Assembly (NCBI GenBank): GCA_016182015.1
Contig: JACOYC010000012.1
Location: 29,623-93,622 of the forward strand
DNA from: Nanobdellati archaeon
GTDB taxonomy: Archaea > Nanobdellota > Nanobdellia > UBA10117
DNA length: 64,000 nt
Reading direction: 5' to 3'
A program made the position numbers and the translations under genes. Positions 9,003 to 18,264 of this stretch are shown here, piece after piece (position 1 is the first letter of the stretch; each line of letters begins with the position of its first letter). The notes beneath the pieces were generated by a model. It ran no database searches, was not told the DNA's origin, and saw only the letters and a list, made by a program, of their open reading frames with translations.

Positions 9003-11625
9003 GATATTTTTTATCAGTTTTTACGCCGGGCGGATACATAACATTCCATATTTTAATTGGGCCTATTATCTGTCCGTTGTAAAATCCGAGCGGCAGGTCG
9101 TCCGAGTAGACTTCGGCGAAGTTTGGATCTGATTCGCCGTAAACATAAAGCCTAGCAAGATTAGTATCCCAAACTTTTTCAGACAGCCACATCACTGCGC
9201 CGTTTTCATATAGTCTGTTGTCCTGAAAGCCAGGCAGCACTACCATGCATCCTTTAATATTGTTAGAGCCGGCTGGCAAATTGGTTCGCGAACCATAAAC
9301 CATGGACTGCTTGTCCGGATTGTACTTGTGAATATAAATACAGCTAACATCTGCCGCAATACTTCGGCCGTTTGAATCAATTATTGCTTTTGCGCCCGTC
9401 ACGCGGTTGTCTCCTGACACATCAATACTAAAGCCAGTTATGGCGCCGCCTCCGGCTGGCAGTACAGAATCGCCGAAAACGTAATCCTTATCCAAGCCCC
9501 ATGCGCCGCCGTATGATAACTGGTAACCATCGCGTGTCTCTTTCTTGTTTTGCAGGCCAAACATACCAATTGTGCTTAGCCTGTCAAGATTTTCATCAGA
9601 CCCTATCAGAGAGAACGCGTAGTATTTTGGTATTTCCTGACTGGAGATCAGTATATGCGTGACGTTATGTGACTTTAGATATTCAAGCGTGCTTGTTTTG
9701 TCCTTTCCAGTTAAAAAGTATCTGCCAGAATCGTGATTCCAGCCCATTGCGTTTCCGCCATCTGTTACAGCGGCCCGCTCGCCAATAGCGGTTGTCATAT
9801 GTCCGTAATCCCACCAGTGGGCAACTACGGAGTCTTTGGGCGTGTTTTCCCTGAGAAAGTTCATGGACGCTTCCCATTGCCCCGGAACCATTGAGCCTAT
9901 TCCGCGGTTGTCATTGTAAGTTTCCCTTGCTTCTGCGTAAAAAGCGAGCGCTGAGAAAAGTATTAATATAATTGCGGCCAGCCGCCATTTCTTTTGTGCG
10001 CCTGCCTTTTCTACTCCTTTTGTGACAAACCAGCCAGCCATGATCGCCGCAGCAGGGGCGAGCGTGAACAGGAGCCTGATAAGTATTCGTGAGCTTACTA
10101 GCGAAAACAGAAATAATACAAGCATGATTATAACCGTGGAGTTTTCTTTTGTAAATATATTTTCGAAATCCGCGCGTTTGTAGGCAAAAATATAAACTGC
10201 TATCAGCGCAACCATAAATAATATCAGCCAGATTACATAATTTCGCGAGAAAAAATCAAACAGCGCGGAAAATTTGCTGCTTCGGCCCCAGCGCCCGAAG
10301 ATAAAAGCTACAAAAAACAACAAATACGTTGCAGAGATAAAATACATCGGTTGCTGGCGCTTAAAGTCCAGCCAGCCGACCGATTTATTTTTGAAAATTG
10401 ATGCAAGAAGCGCGAGCGAGCCAGCCAGCACAAGGAAAAAAACAAAACCGAATGTGTTCCACCAGCCGCCGCTTCCCCAAAATGTTGGCTGGGCGTTTTC
10501 AGCTACTGTTGTTGCCCATCTGGACACGTTCGTCCTGAAAATTGCGCTGACGAGAAATTCCTTAAACGAAGCAAAGTCTACCACACCAATTTTGCCAAGA
10601 AATGGTACTGCCAGGCCGGCAACAAGAAATACCGCCAGCGATGAAACAATCTGTTTCGGGGCAAACTTTGAGGCTGCGTCCATTATTTTTGTATTTTTTG
10701 TAAATTCAAATGCGGCGTAAATTATCATCGGCAGAACAAGGAATGCCAGACTCTCAGTTGATTTTACCCAGTCCAATATGCGCGCGTCTTTTATTATTGA
10801 GTAAAAAATGCTTAACACGATGTAAAGAGACAGATAGCCGTAGAATTGCCGGCGGTCTATTTTTGAGAAAAATACCGATAGAAGAAGTGAGAAGCCCACT
10901 GTTGCGGCAAGGTAGCTGAATCCACCCCACGTGCCAGCCATCAGCGCCGCAAAAAAGCCAGATAGCGAGCCAGCCAGCAGGGTTTTTTTAATATTATTTG
11001 ATTGCCACATCTCCACGAACAGCCAGAGCGATATAAACATCCAGAGCATAGCCATGGCTTCATGGTCAGCGAATCCTGCTGATGTCCTTTGGATGTATGC
11101 TGGCAGGACTGCGAGGAAGGCAGTTGATACCAATGCAACCCGATCTCCGAAAAGTTTTCTCACGAAAAGGAAGAAGAACACAAAGCTGATGAGTGTGACA
11201 ACAACCGGATAATATATGTGCCAAGTTATCAGCTTGAGGTTTGGCATGAGCAAATGGAAAAATTTATACCAGTAAACCATTGTGAGTGGGAAAAACTTGA
11301 ATGGCGCCGTAGGAACGCCGACAGGGACGTAGCGCATTAAGTCAATTGCGGGCAGCGTTCCGGTTTCTAAAATCATTTTTGAATACCTGAAGAAAAAATA
11401 CGAATCAAGCTCTATCATATACCTGCCCTGCAGCAGGCCAAGGTTTCTTGTCCTAAGGTACGCAGCCAAAACCAAAACTGCGGCCAGCAGTATGAGATAT
11501 AGCCAGGCAGAGTTAAGCGGGTTGCGCAGGTGTATGCCTTTTATGTCCTTTCCTATTTCTTCAACGCCGAACCAGCCCTTTAGTTTGGAAAAGAATACTG
11601 TTTTTCTCTGCTCCAACTCATCCAT
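8980..11625 (-). CDS. aglB: Archaeal oligosaccharyltransferase AglB (STT3 homolog)
   Basis: 881 aa, about 13 N-terminal TMs, WWDYGH catalytic motif in the C-terminal periplasmic domain. Confidence 0.92.
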   Translation of the reverse strand: MDELEQRKTVFFSKLKGWFGVEEIGKDIKGIHLRNPLNSAWLYLILLAAVLVLAAYLRTRNLGLLQGRYMIELDSYFFFRYSKMILETGTLPAIDLMRYVPVGVPTAPFKFFPLTMVYWYKFFHLLMPNLKLITWHIYYPVVVTLISFVFFFLFVRKLFGDRVALVSTAFLAVLPAYIQRTSAGFADHEAMAMLWMFISLWLFVEMWQSNNIKKTLLAGSLSGFFAALMAGTWGGFSYLAATVGFSLLLSVFFSKIDRRQFYGYLSLYIVLSIFYSIIKDARILDWVKSTESLAFLVLPMIIYAAFEFTKNTKIMDAASKFAPKQIVSSLAVFLVAGLAVPFLGKIGVVDFASFKEFLVSAIFRTNVSRWATTVAENAQPTFWGSGGWWNTFGFVFFLVLAGSLALLASIFKNKSVGWLDFKRQQPMYFISATYLLFFVAFIFGRWGRSSKFSALFDFFSRNYVIWLILFMVALIAVYIFAYKRADFENIFTKENSTVIIMLVLFLFSLVSSRILIRLLFTLAPAAAIMAGWFVTKGVEKAGAQKKWRLAAIILILFSALAFYAEARETYNDNRGIGSMVPGQWEASMNFLRENTPKDSVVAHWWDYGHMTTAIGERAAVTDGGNAMGWNHDSGRYFLTGKDKTSTLEYLKSHNVTHILISSQEIPKYYAFSLIGSDENLDRLSTIGMFGLQNKKETRDGYQLSYGGAWGLDKDYVFGDSVLPAGGGAITGFSIDVSGDNRVTGAKAIIDSNGRSIAADVSCIYIHKYNPDKQSMVYGSRTNLPAGSNNIKGCMVVLPGFQDNRLYENGAVMWLSEKVWDTNLARLYVYGESDPNFAEVYSDDLPLGFYNGQIIGPIKIWNVMYPPGVKTDKKYLEPSKYG

Positions 11626-11688
11626 TCGGTTTTAGCCCGCAGTAAACTTTATAAGGTTTTGTAGGATGCAAATATATCTAAAAACATA

Positions 11689-13323
11689 TTAGCTAAATTC
11701 GCCTTCAAGCGTTTTTCTGTCCCAGCCGTATTGTTCCAGCAGATCAATTATTTCTTTGCGGCTGTAAAGTGTGCCGCAAGCCCTTCGGAATCTTTGGAAT
11801 TTTTCCCTGCTCCTCGGGCCAATATGCATTTCATGCGCGAGGGCAAGCTTTTCCAGCAGAATTGATTTCAGGACCTGCCTGACTTGCTCGGCAGGCCAGC
11901 CGTTCAGCTCCAGTTCTGATTTTACTTCTTCTATCGGCTTTGTTTCCAGCAGGGCTTCGGCGTGTTTTCTGAGATCGAATTTCTTTTTGGCAATGGGCGG
12001 TATGGCTGGCTTGAATTCAGTAAGAATTTTTTCCGCAAGTTCTGGCGAGTAGCCTTTGTCAGTAAGATGTTTCTTCAACTCATTCCGCGGCATGAAAATG
12101 TTTTTTATGATTTCCTGCCTGATTTCAGTTTCGAGGCTGACAATTTTTGGCATTGGGATAAGCTTGCTTAATTTGGCAGCCTTTCTTGGCCGCAGCAGAT
12201 AGTGCGGCGCGGCAAGCGCGATTATTACTATGAAAATTAATGCATAAAAGCCAGGCTTGAAAAATAACGGCTTGATGCAGTCCTGCGGGCATGATAACAG
12301 GCCTTCATCTTTTTCACAGACAGAATTGCTGCATGATGATATTATTTGGCAGCTCCCGAATCTGCAGCTCTGGCCCGATGGACAACCGGCATCCATGCAG
12401 CAGGTTTCAGAGTTTTCTCCGGCATCTACGATCTGATTGCCGCACTTTGACTCGCGACAGGTATTTTCAACACATGTGTTTCCGACTGAACAGCCGCAGT
12501 CGGTACAGCAGTTATATTTGTTTTCGGCAAGCCCGCAAACGCCGTCGCCGCAGTTTATTTCCGGCAGGCCGGCCACTACAAAAACAGCATTAAGCCCGAC
12601 GTTGACGGCCTTGAATTTGTAATAAAGCGCTTCATCAGCAGTTCTTATTGTGGTTTTATCCTGCCACGATTCCGGTGTCCAGCTGGCTTTGTCCATCAGC
12701 CGTTTAAGCACTATTGTTTTTGGATCAATGCCTTTTTCAGACACCCATGACTTTGGCACTTTGAAAGTTACGTTTGTAGTTGTTATATTTGTTTCGGTTA
12801 TATTTCTCAGAGTGACTTCGAAATATTGGTATGGAATTGCATTCAATGAACCCTGTTTTGTTACATTTACATTAACTAAAAAGCTGAAGCCACGCTGCTC
12901 TGATACTACGCCAAACTCCATACCATTAAACGCAAATTGCGGCTTGTCAAAAGTAAAGCTTGACGATGAGTGGTTTGATGCGTTTGGAAAATAAAAATTG
13001 TATAAGTAATTTGCAGAGTAAGACAGGTCGAGAACGCGCTTTGAGGCTGGCAAGCAGGTACATTTATCAGTGCATCTCCTCGGACAAGGGTAGTCATCTA
13101 GTCCGTCGCACTCTTCTTTATTTTTTTCTTCTATTTCGTTGTTTCCACAGGCCCCGGATGCGTTGATATGGGTCGCTCCAGTGATGAGTGCAAAGCTGCC
13201 GGTAATTTTATTTTGATTGGTTTTTGAAAACCCAATTTCAAATGCAGCGAATGAGAATATGCTTGTTACGAAAAATAAAACTATTAATACGTCGAAATAC
13301 TTGTGCAGCGGCCATCCCCCCAT
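11689..13323 (-). CDS. Cysteine-rich, N-glycosylation sequon-rich membrane surface protein (unknown function)
   Basis: Signal/TM N-terminus, many NxS/T sequons, repeated Cys-rich modules (CGDGVCGLAENKYNCCTDCGC...), one TM, then about 170-aa cytoplasmic tail. Confidence 0.5.
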   Translation of the reverse strand: MGGWPLHKYFDVLIVLFFVTSIFSFAAFEIGFSKTNQNKITGSFALITGATHINASGACGNNEIEEKNKEECDGLDDYPCPRRCTDKCTCLPASKRVLDLSYSANYLYNFYFPNASNHSSSSFTFDKPQFAFNGMEFGVVSEQRGFSFLVNVNVTKQGSLNAIPYQYFEVTLRNITETNITTTNVTFKVPKSWVSEKGIDPKTIVLKRLMDKASWTPESWQDKTTIRTADEALYYKFKAVNVGLNAVFVVAGLPEINCGDGVCGLAENKYNCCTDCGCSVGNTCVENTCRESKCGNQIVDAGENSETCCMDAGCPSGQSCRFGSCQIISSCSNSVCEKDEGLLSCPQDCIKPLFFKPGFYALIFIVIIALAAPHYLLRPRKAAKLSKLIPMPKIVSLETEIRQEIIKNIFMPRNELKKHLTDKGYSPELAEKILTEFKPAIPPIAKKKFDLRKHAEALLETKPIEEVKSELELNGWPAEQVRQVLKSILLEKLALAHEMHIGPRSREKFQRFRRACGTLYSRKEIIDLLEQYGWDRKTLEGEFS

Positions 13324-13376
13324 GATATAAATTGCTTGTATAGATTTATAAGGATTATTTAGTTATAAATTTACAC

Positions 13377-13564
13377 GGGCCGATGGTCCAGAACGTAAGT
13401 GGACAATGGTACGACGTCTCCTTCACACGGCAGCTTCTTTCTTTCCAAAAGAAAGACGCTCCCGGGCATCTAGAAAGAAAGGAGTGCGATCGTAGATCGC
13501 ACTAAACTTTTTGGATTCCCGAGGAAAAGGGAGAAGATCGCAGGTTCGATCCCTGCTCGGCCCA
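13377..13564 (+). tRNA. tRNA-Val (anticodon CAC) with about 101-nt intron at canonical 37/38 site; possible extra insertion in D-loop
   Basis: Acceptor GGGCCGA/TCGGCCC, T-arm GCAGG-TTCGATC-CCTGC; anticodon stem TCTCC/GGAGA split by intron; loop TTCACA gives anticodon CAC; D-region longer than normal. Confidence 0.6.
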
Positions 13565-13617
13565 TTTAGTTTAATCAATCGCGATAGCTTTATAAACAGT
13601 TACCTTATGGCAATAAT

Positions 13618-14517
13618 ATGTTAGCTGAAAACAGCGTTCGCAGGGTTGCAGACCATGTCGAGCAAGAGTTACCTACAAGATTAGCAAGAGACCTTGGTGA
13701 TAGTTTAGTGTCAGTTTCTTTGGTTGGCAGCATGGCCACAGAGCCGCCAACTATAGGTTTAGTAAATGATATGGACGTTGTAGTGGTTTCTGGCGGAGAT
13801 CCAGCAACTGATACAATGAGAATCGAGCAAACAGTTGCCGCACTTTGTCAAGAGTTAGCCGGTGATCCGTCTTTAGATCTAACACACACTCTTTTACGTG
13901 GGCCGATAAAACCGGCTGCAAGCGGCAGGCCAGTATTACAAATACACTGCATACCAACAACAAAAGACAGGCTGGCCAGGACAACTCCCGATGCACCCCG
14001 ATTGACATACAATAGCTGGCGCATATTTAATCGTCCGTTATATGGGGCGCTGCTGACACAGTTAATTAAAATCCCTCGGATTGGCTTGCGTGATGTATTA
14101 GAAGACGAACGAGGCCTGCCGCAACTTCGAATAGGTCTTACAGAAATGGCTGCGAAGGAGAGGCAAGCATTGGGCGATGGTAGTGTAGTAGATGTTGAGT
14201 TTAGTTGGAAATTAAATGCTAGGGAGCGCGCCGAGGCGGCCATGTACGGTACACTTACTGCAGCTTGGAATACCATAGAGGCATTGTACCCACACATAAT
14301 TACCGAACATTATGAGCGTCCAGCTGCTGCAAGGGAGTTTGGTCAAACATTTGGCGGGCTTCCGATGGCAGGCTGGCCAGTTGAAGTTCACAGGCTATGC
14401 GAACAACACCGGTGCGGGGAACTTTTACTTACGCCCGAATCTGTAGCAAGGTTAACCAGAAAAACAGACGCGTTTTTAGGCTCACTTGAAAAAGCCATAG
14501 CAGAAATTCGCGGCTAA
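13618..14517 (+). CDS. Pol-beta-superfamily nucleotidyltransferase domain protein (AadA/ANT-like), compositionally atypical
   Basis: LVSVSLVGSMATEPPTIGLVNDMDVVVVS fits hG[GS]x9-13DhD; Lys-poor/Arg-rich, unlike the neighbouring genes. Confidence 0.5.
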   Translation: MLAENSVRRVADHVEQELPTRLARDLGDSLVSVSLVGSMATEPPTIGLVNDMDVVVVSGGDPATDTMRIEQTVAALCQELAGDPSLDLTHTLLRGPIKPAASGRPVLQIHCIPTTKDRLARTTPDAPRLTYNSWRIFNRPLYGALLTQLIKIPRIGLRDVLEDERGLPQLRIGLTEMAAKERQALGDGSVVDVEFSWKLNARERAEAAMYGTLTAAWNTIEALYPHIITEHYERPAAAREFGQTFGGLPMAGWPVEVHRLCEQHRCGELLLTPESVARLTRKTDAFLGSLEKAIAEIRG

Positions 14518-14560
14518 TTGTACAGCATAAATTTAAAATGCCGAATGTTGTTATCTATTT

Positions 14561-15677
14561 ATGAAATCCATATTAGGCCAAGCCGCAGAGCTCTGCATGC
14601 CAATCAAAGAAGAACAGGCAAAAGTAGCACAAATAATAAAAGAGATTGAAAATAAAGTTAACTCCGCGCTGAAAAAATCTAAGATTACTGCAAGATGCTC
14701 GGTTGGTGGCTCTGTCGCGAAGGGGACTTGGCTGCCAGGCGTTTCAGATATTGACTTTTTTATTTTATTCGATTACGAAAAATATAAGGGCGAGCACCAG
14801 TTTTTATCTGATGTGGCGGAAAAAGTTTTGAGAAGTATTTTCAAAGGCGTGCAGCGCCTGCATGGCTCGCGCGACTATTTCAATGTAAATTACAAAAAAT
14901 ATATTTTAGAGTTTGTGCCGGTGCTGGAAATTTCTGAGCTGTCAGATGCGCTAAACCTGACGGACTACTCGCCGCTGCATGTTTACTGGGTTCGCGACAG
15001 AGTAAAAGCAAATAGGAAACTGCAATCTGAAGTGCGACTGGCAAAGCAGTTTTTCAAAGCAAACGGCGTTTACGGCGCGGAGTCATACATCTCAGGATTT
15101 TCAGGGCATGTAACTGAAATTCTGACAATTTATTACGGCGGATTTCTGCGGCTCTTAAGCAGCCGCAGCCTTGGGCGAGGAAAAATTTTATTTACTAAAA
15201 AAAGCCGCAAAGAAATTTTTAACAAATCAATCAATAGAATTTTTCAAAATAAAACAGTTTGATGTGAATTCGCTGAAACAAAAAAAAGGCCGGGCTTTGT
15301 TTGTGCTGCAGGCAAGCCGGACAAAGGGAAAAGATGATGTTGTTGGTTCGAAGTTTTTGAAGCAGTTTGAGCAGCTTAAGTCGGGCATAAGTAAATTGGA
15401 TTTTAAAATTATAAGCTCTGGCTGGCACTGGTCCTGCGAGGGAAATGCCACATTTTGGGTTTACTTGCCAGCAAAGCCGCTTTCAAGCAAAAAGATAATA
15501 GAAGGCCCGCCAATAAATATGCCCGATGTTTTCATAAAGCAGTTTAAGAAAAAGTGGAAAAAAGTTTTTATAAAAAACAAAAGATACATAGCAAAGACAA
15601 AAAGAAAAATAATTTTGCCACGAGAAGTTATCAAAATAGCGGCGTCTGCACTCAAACTAAAACTACTAACTAAATAA
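14561..15677 (+). pseudogene. cca: CCA-adding enzyme (archaeal class I tRNA nucleotidyltransferase) interrupted by frameshift near 15156-15175
   Basis: N-terminal part CSVGGSVAKGTWLPGVSDIDFFILF and FSGHVTEILTIYYGGF is class I CCA; the reading frame switches (ORFs 14561-15262 and 15171-15677 overlap); the downstream frame carries FYLLKKAAKKF, the CCA body motif. Confidence 0.7.
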
Positions 15678-15718
15678 TTAACACAATAGTTTAAAAACCC
15701 GCACAGACTTACTAAACT

Positions 15719-16246
15719 ATGTTAGCGCCACTGCCTATTGATAGAGAGCTGTTCCGATGGGTTGTAGTTGTAAGCAACCAGCCGGGCTTAGAGTGGCTGG
15801 CATTTTTGTTCTGGATACTAACAGTTTCTGTTACCGCAGTAGTTCTGGCTGCGCTTTATTATTACTGGCGCGTCAGGCGCGATCATAAATTTACGGCTTT
15901 AATTGTTATTTCAAGCATAGCAACATTTGCGGCCACAGAAGCGATAAAGTGGCTGGCCCAGCGCCCGAGGCCGCACATAACTGATCTTCTCTCATTTCCG
16001 TCTCGGCACACTGCGCTCGCTTTTATGCTTGCATTTTTGATTGGCGCGTATGTTTTGTCAAATAAGGAAAAGGGCAGTTATAAATGGCCTGTCGCTGTTT
16101 CTTTATTCACATGGGCGGCACTAGTTGGGCTTTCCAGATTGTGGCTTGAGGAACACTGGCTGACTGACGTTTTTGCCGGAGCGGTCATAGGCGCTTTGCT
16201 TGGGTGGATTTTTTGGAAAATGAGAAACAGAATATATAAAAAATAA
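15719..16246 (+). CDS. PAP2-family phosphatase (candidate polyprenyl/dolichyl pyrophosphate phosphatase)
   Basis: PAP2 motifs KWLAQRPRP, PSRHT, SRLWLEEHWLTD; 5-6 TM. Confidence 0.8.
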   Translation: MLAPLPIDRELFRWVVVVSNQPGLEWLAFLFWILTVSVTAVVLAALYYYWRVRRDHKFTALIVISSIATFAATEAIKWLAQRPRPHITDLLSFPSRHTALAFMLAFLIGAYVLSNKEKGSYKWPVAVSLFTWAALVGLSRLWLEEHWLTDVFAGAVIGALLGWIFWKMRNRIYKK

Positions 16247-16259
16247 ATAATTGTTAAAA

Positions 16260-17540
16260 TTAGATATCTGATGCAGTTAATATTTTGGTTTTTCTGCTTT
16301 TGGCCACAGAACTCGAAGCTACGATGTACTTAATATCTTTATCCTCTGCGACCTTCACAAGTCTTTGTTCTGCTGGCCCATCCATCACGACAGCGAAAAC
16401 GCCTTCAGATATGTTCTGCAGAGTGTCCTCAAGTTCTTTGACTGGCACGCGACCCATTATGTTTAAACCATTGTCAAGGACAAATGCCCCCCGAGTGCCA
16501 ACTAACTCATCAGCCATTGACTTAAGTTCAGTTAGGCTTCTGGCAGGCTGCACAGGTGCGACGCGCCTTACGACTGCTTCAGCTTCTCCGCCATTTTTTT
16601 CAGGCTCCGCGGATACAGATTTTGTAAGGTCTACAACTTTTGTTATCGGGGCTGAAAAGTTTGCTGTAGCTGATGAGCCGTTCACTTTATAATCGCTCTT
16701 GGCCTGCTCCCATGCTATTTTTGCACGCAGGGATTTGTTAATTTCCTTTAATGTCAGCTCTTCTACTTCCTTGCCGTCTGGCGCTCTCGCTACAAAGTCG
16801 AGTTCTGCGCCGTTGTCAACTAAGCCCCTTATAATCAGCTCGCCGCCACGGTCGCCGTCAACAAAAACAGTGATTGTTTTGGTTTTTGTCAGATCGACTA
16901 CTGTCTGCGATGGCTTAGTACCCTTCATTGCTACAACATTTCTGATGCCGTACCTAAGCAGGTTAACAACATCTGCGCGGCCCTCAACAAGAATAATTTC
17001 GTCTGAGTCCACAACATCCGGGCCGGCAGGCAACCTGTCAGTTCCGTATTCTGTGACTTCCATCGCCCGCACATCTTCTGTAATGGCCAGCGTAAGCGCC
17101 TGCGAGTCTGGCATCTCTGTTATCAGGGCTGCCAAAAGCTGTTTTGCCCTGTCTAATATCTGGTTGCGCTTTGATATTCGAACATCTTCGATTTTTGTGA
17201 CTTTGATTTTTGCATCACATGGGCCGACACGTTCAATTGTTTCGAGCGAGGCTGCTATGATTGCAGTTTCTGATTTGCCCATCGAGCTTGGCAGAAGAAT
17301 TTCGCCGGCGGTTTTTCCGCCCTTTGTTTCAGTTTTAACATCTATTCGCCCTATTCGGCCTGATTTTTGCAGCTCACGCAGTTCAAGGTCTGAACCGAGC
17401 AGGCCTTCTGTCTGGCCAAAAACTGCACCGATTATGTCGGGCCTGTCAGCCACGCCTGTAAGATCAAGGCTTGCACGTATTATATATTTTATTGATACCG
17501 GACTTATTTTTCCCATTTTAGTTCTCCGAGGAAAACGCAA
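16260..17540 (-). CDS. dnaG: Archaeal DnaG primase-like protein (Toprim; exosome-associated)
   Basis: 426 aa; Toprim region ILVEGRADVVNLLRYGIRNVVAMKGT, FVDGDRGGELI. Confidence 0.85.
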   Translation of the reverse strand: MRFPRRTKMGKISPVSIKYIIRASLDLTGVADRPDIIGAVFGQTEGLLGSDLELRELQKSGRIGRIDVKTETKGGKTAGEILLPSSMGKSETAIIAASLETIERVGPCDAKIKVTKIEDVRISKRNQILDRAKQLLAALITEMPDSQALTLAITEDVRAMEVTEYGTDRLPAGPDVVDSDEIILVEGRADVVNLLRYGIRNVVAMKGTKPSQTVVDLTKTKTITVFVDGDRGGELIIRGLVDNGAELDFVARAPDGKEVEELTLKEINKSLRAKIAWEQAKSDYKVNGSSATANFSAPITKVVDLTKSVSAEPEKNGGEAEAVVRRVAPVQPARSLTELKSMADELVGTRGAFVLDNGLNIMGRVPVKELEDTLQNISEGVFAVVMDGPAEQRLVKVAEDKDIKYIVASSSVAKSRKTKILTASDI

Positions 17541-17712
17541 GCCAAACTGCAGTCTGGCTGCGCACAGAAAAATCCTTCTGGATTTTTCTTGTGATTATCT
17601 GACCGCAGTCAGATTTACGCAAAAAAATGTTTTGACATTTTTCTGCGCCCAGCTGAATTTCATTCAACTCGGGTTTTTCCCATTTTATATCACCTTTAAT
17701 TTTTGGAGAAAT

Positions 17713-18120
17713 CTACTCAGCCAGCTTCAATTCTTCGACATGCCTAACCCTTGCGTTCTTTAGAATTAACTCGCCAATTTTAGTGTCTGTTTTGACACCA
17801 TTCATCTGCAAGTAACCCTTGAATGTCCTGCTTAATTGCCTGCCTTTTTTGTCGGCATCGAACATAAGCAGTGCGCTTTTGTGAGTCATAGCTATCATTT
17901 CAGCCGCCTCGTAGAGGCTTCTCCATTTGTTTTCCTTGTTAAGGATGAAGAGGTTCAGAACTCCAAGGCTTTGCAAGGCATGCGCATCCCGCTTGCCTTC
18001 CACGACGATGCGAGACGATTCTGCTTTGGTTTTAAGCCCTTCGAGCAGCCCTTGTAGGCGCTCCTGATTTGCATCGCGAAGCCTGCTAGTCTCGCGGAGC
18101 CAACTGTTGTTGGTGAGCAT
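17713..18120 (-). CDS. Small Toprim-domain protein (COG1658-like)
   Basis: IVVEGKRDAHALQSLGV ... LMFDADKKGRQL Toprim E and DxD motifs. Confidence 0.6.
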   Translation of the reverse strand: MLTNNSWLRETSRLRDANQERLQGLLEGLKTKAESSRIVVEGKRDAHALQSLGVLNLFILNKENKWRSLYEAAEMIAMTHKSALLMFDADKKGRQLSRTFKGYLQMNGVKTDTKIGELILKNARVRHVEELKLAE

Positions 18121-18264
18121 GATTAACCGGAGTCTTACTCTTCAATACATATTTTAGGCCGTTAGAGTATATAAAGCTTTCTATAATGCACTGTTAATAG
18201 TATCTGTTATATATTTATATATATTTTTATATAAATAAATATAAAAGCAAAAAGTCCACTGGTT

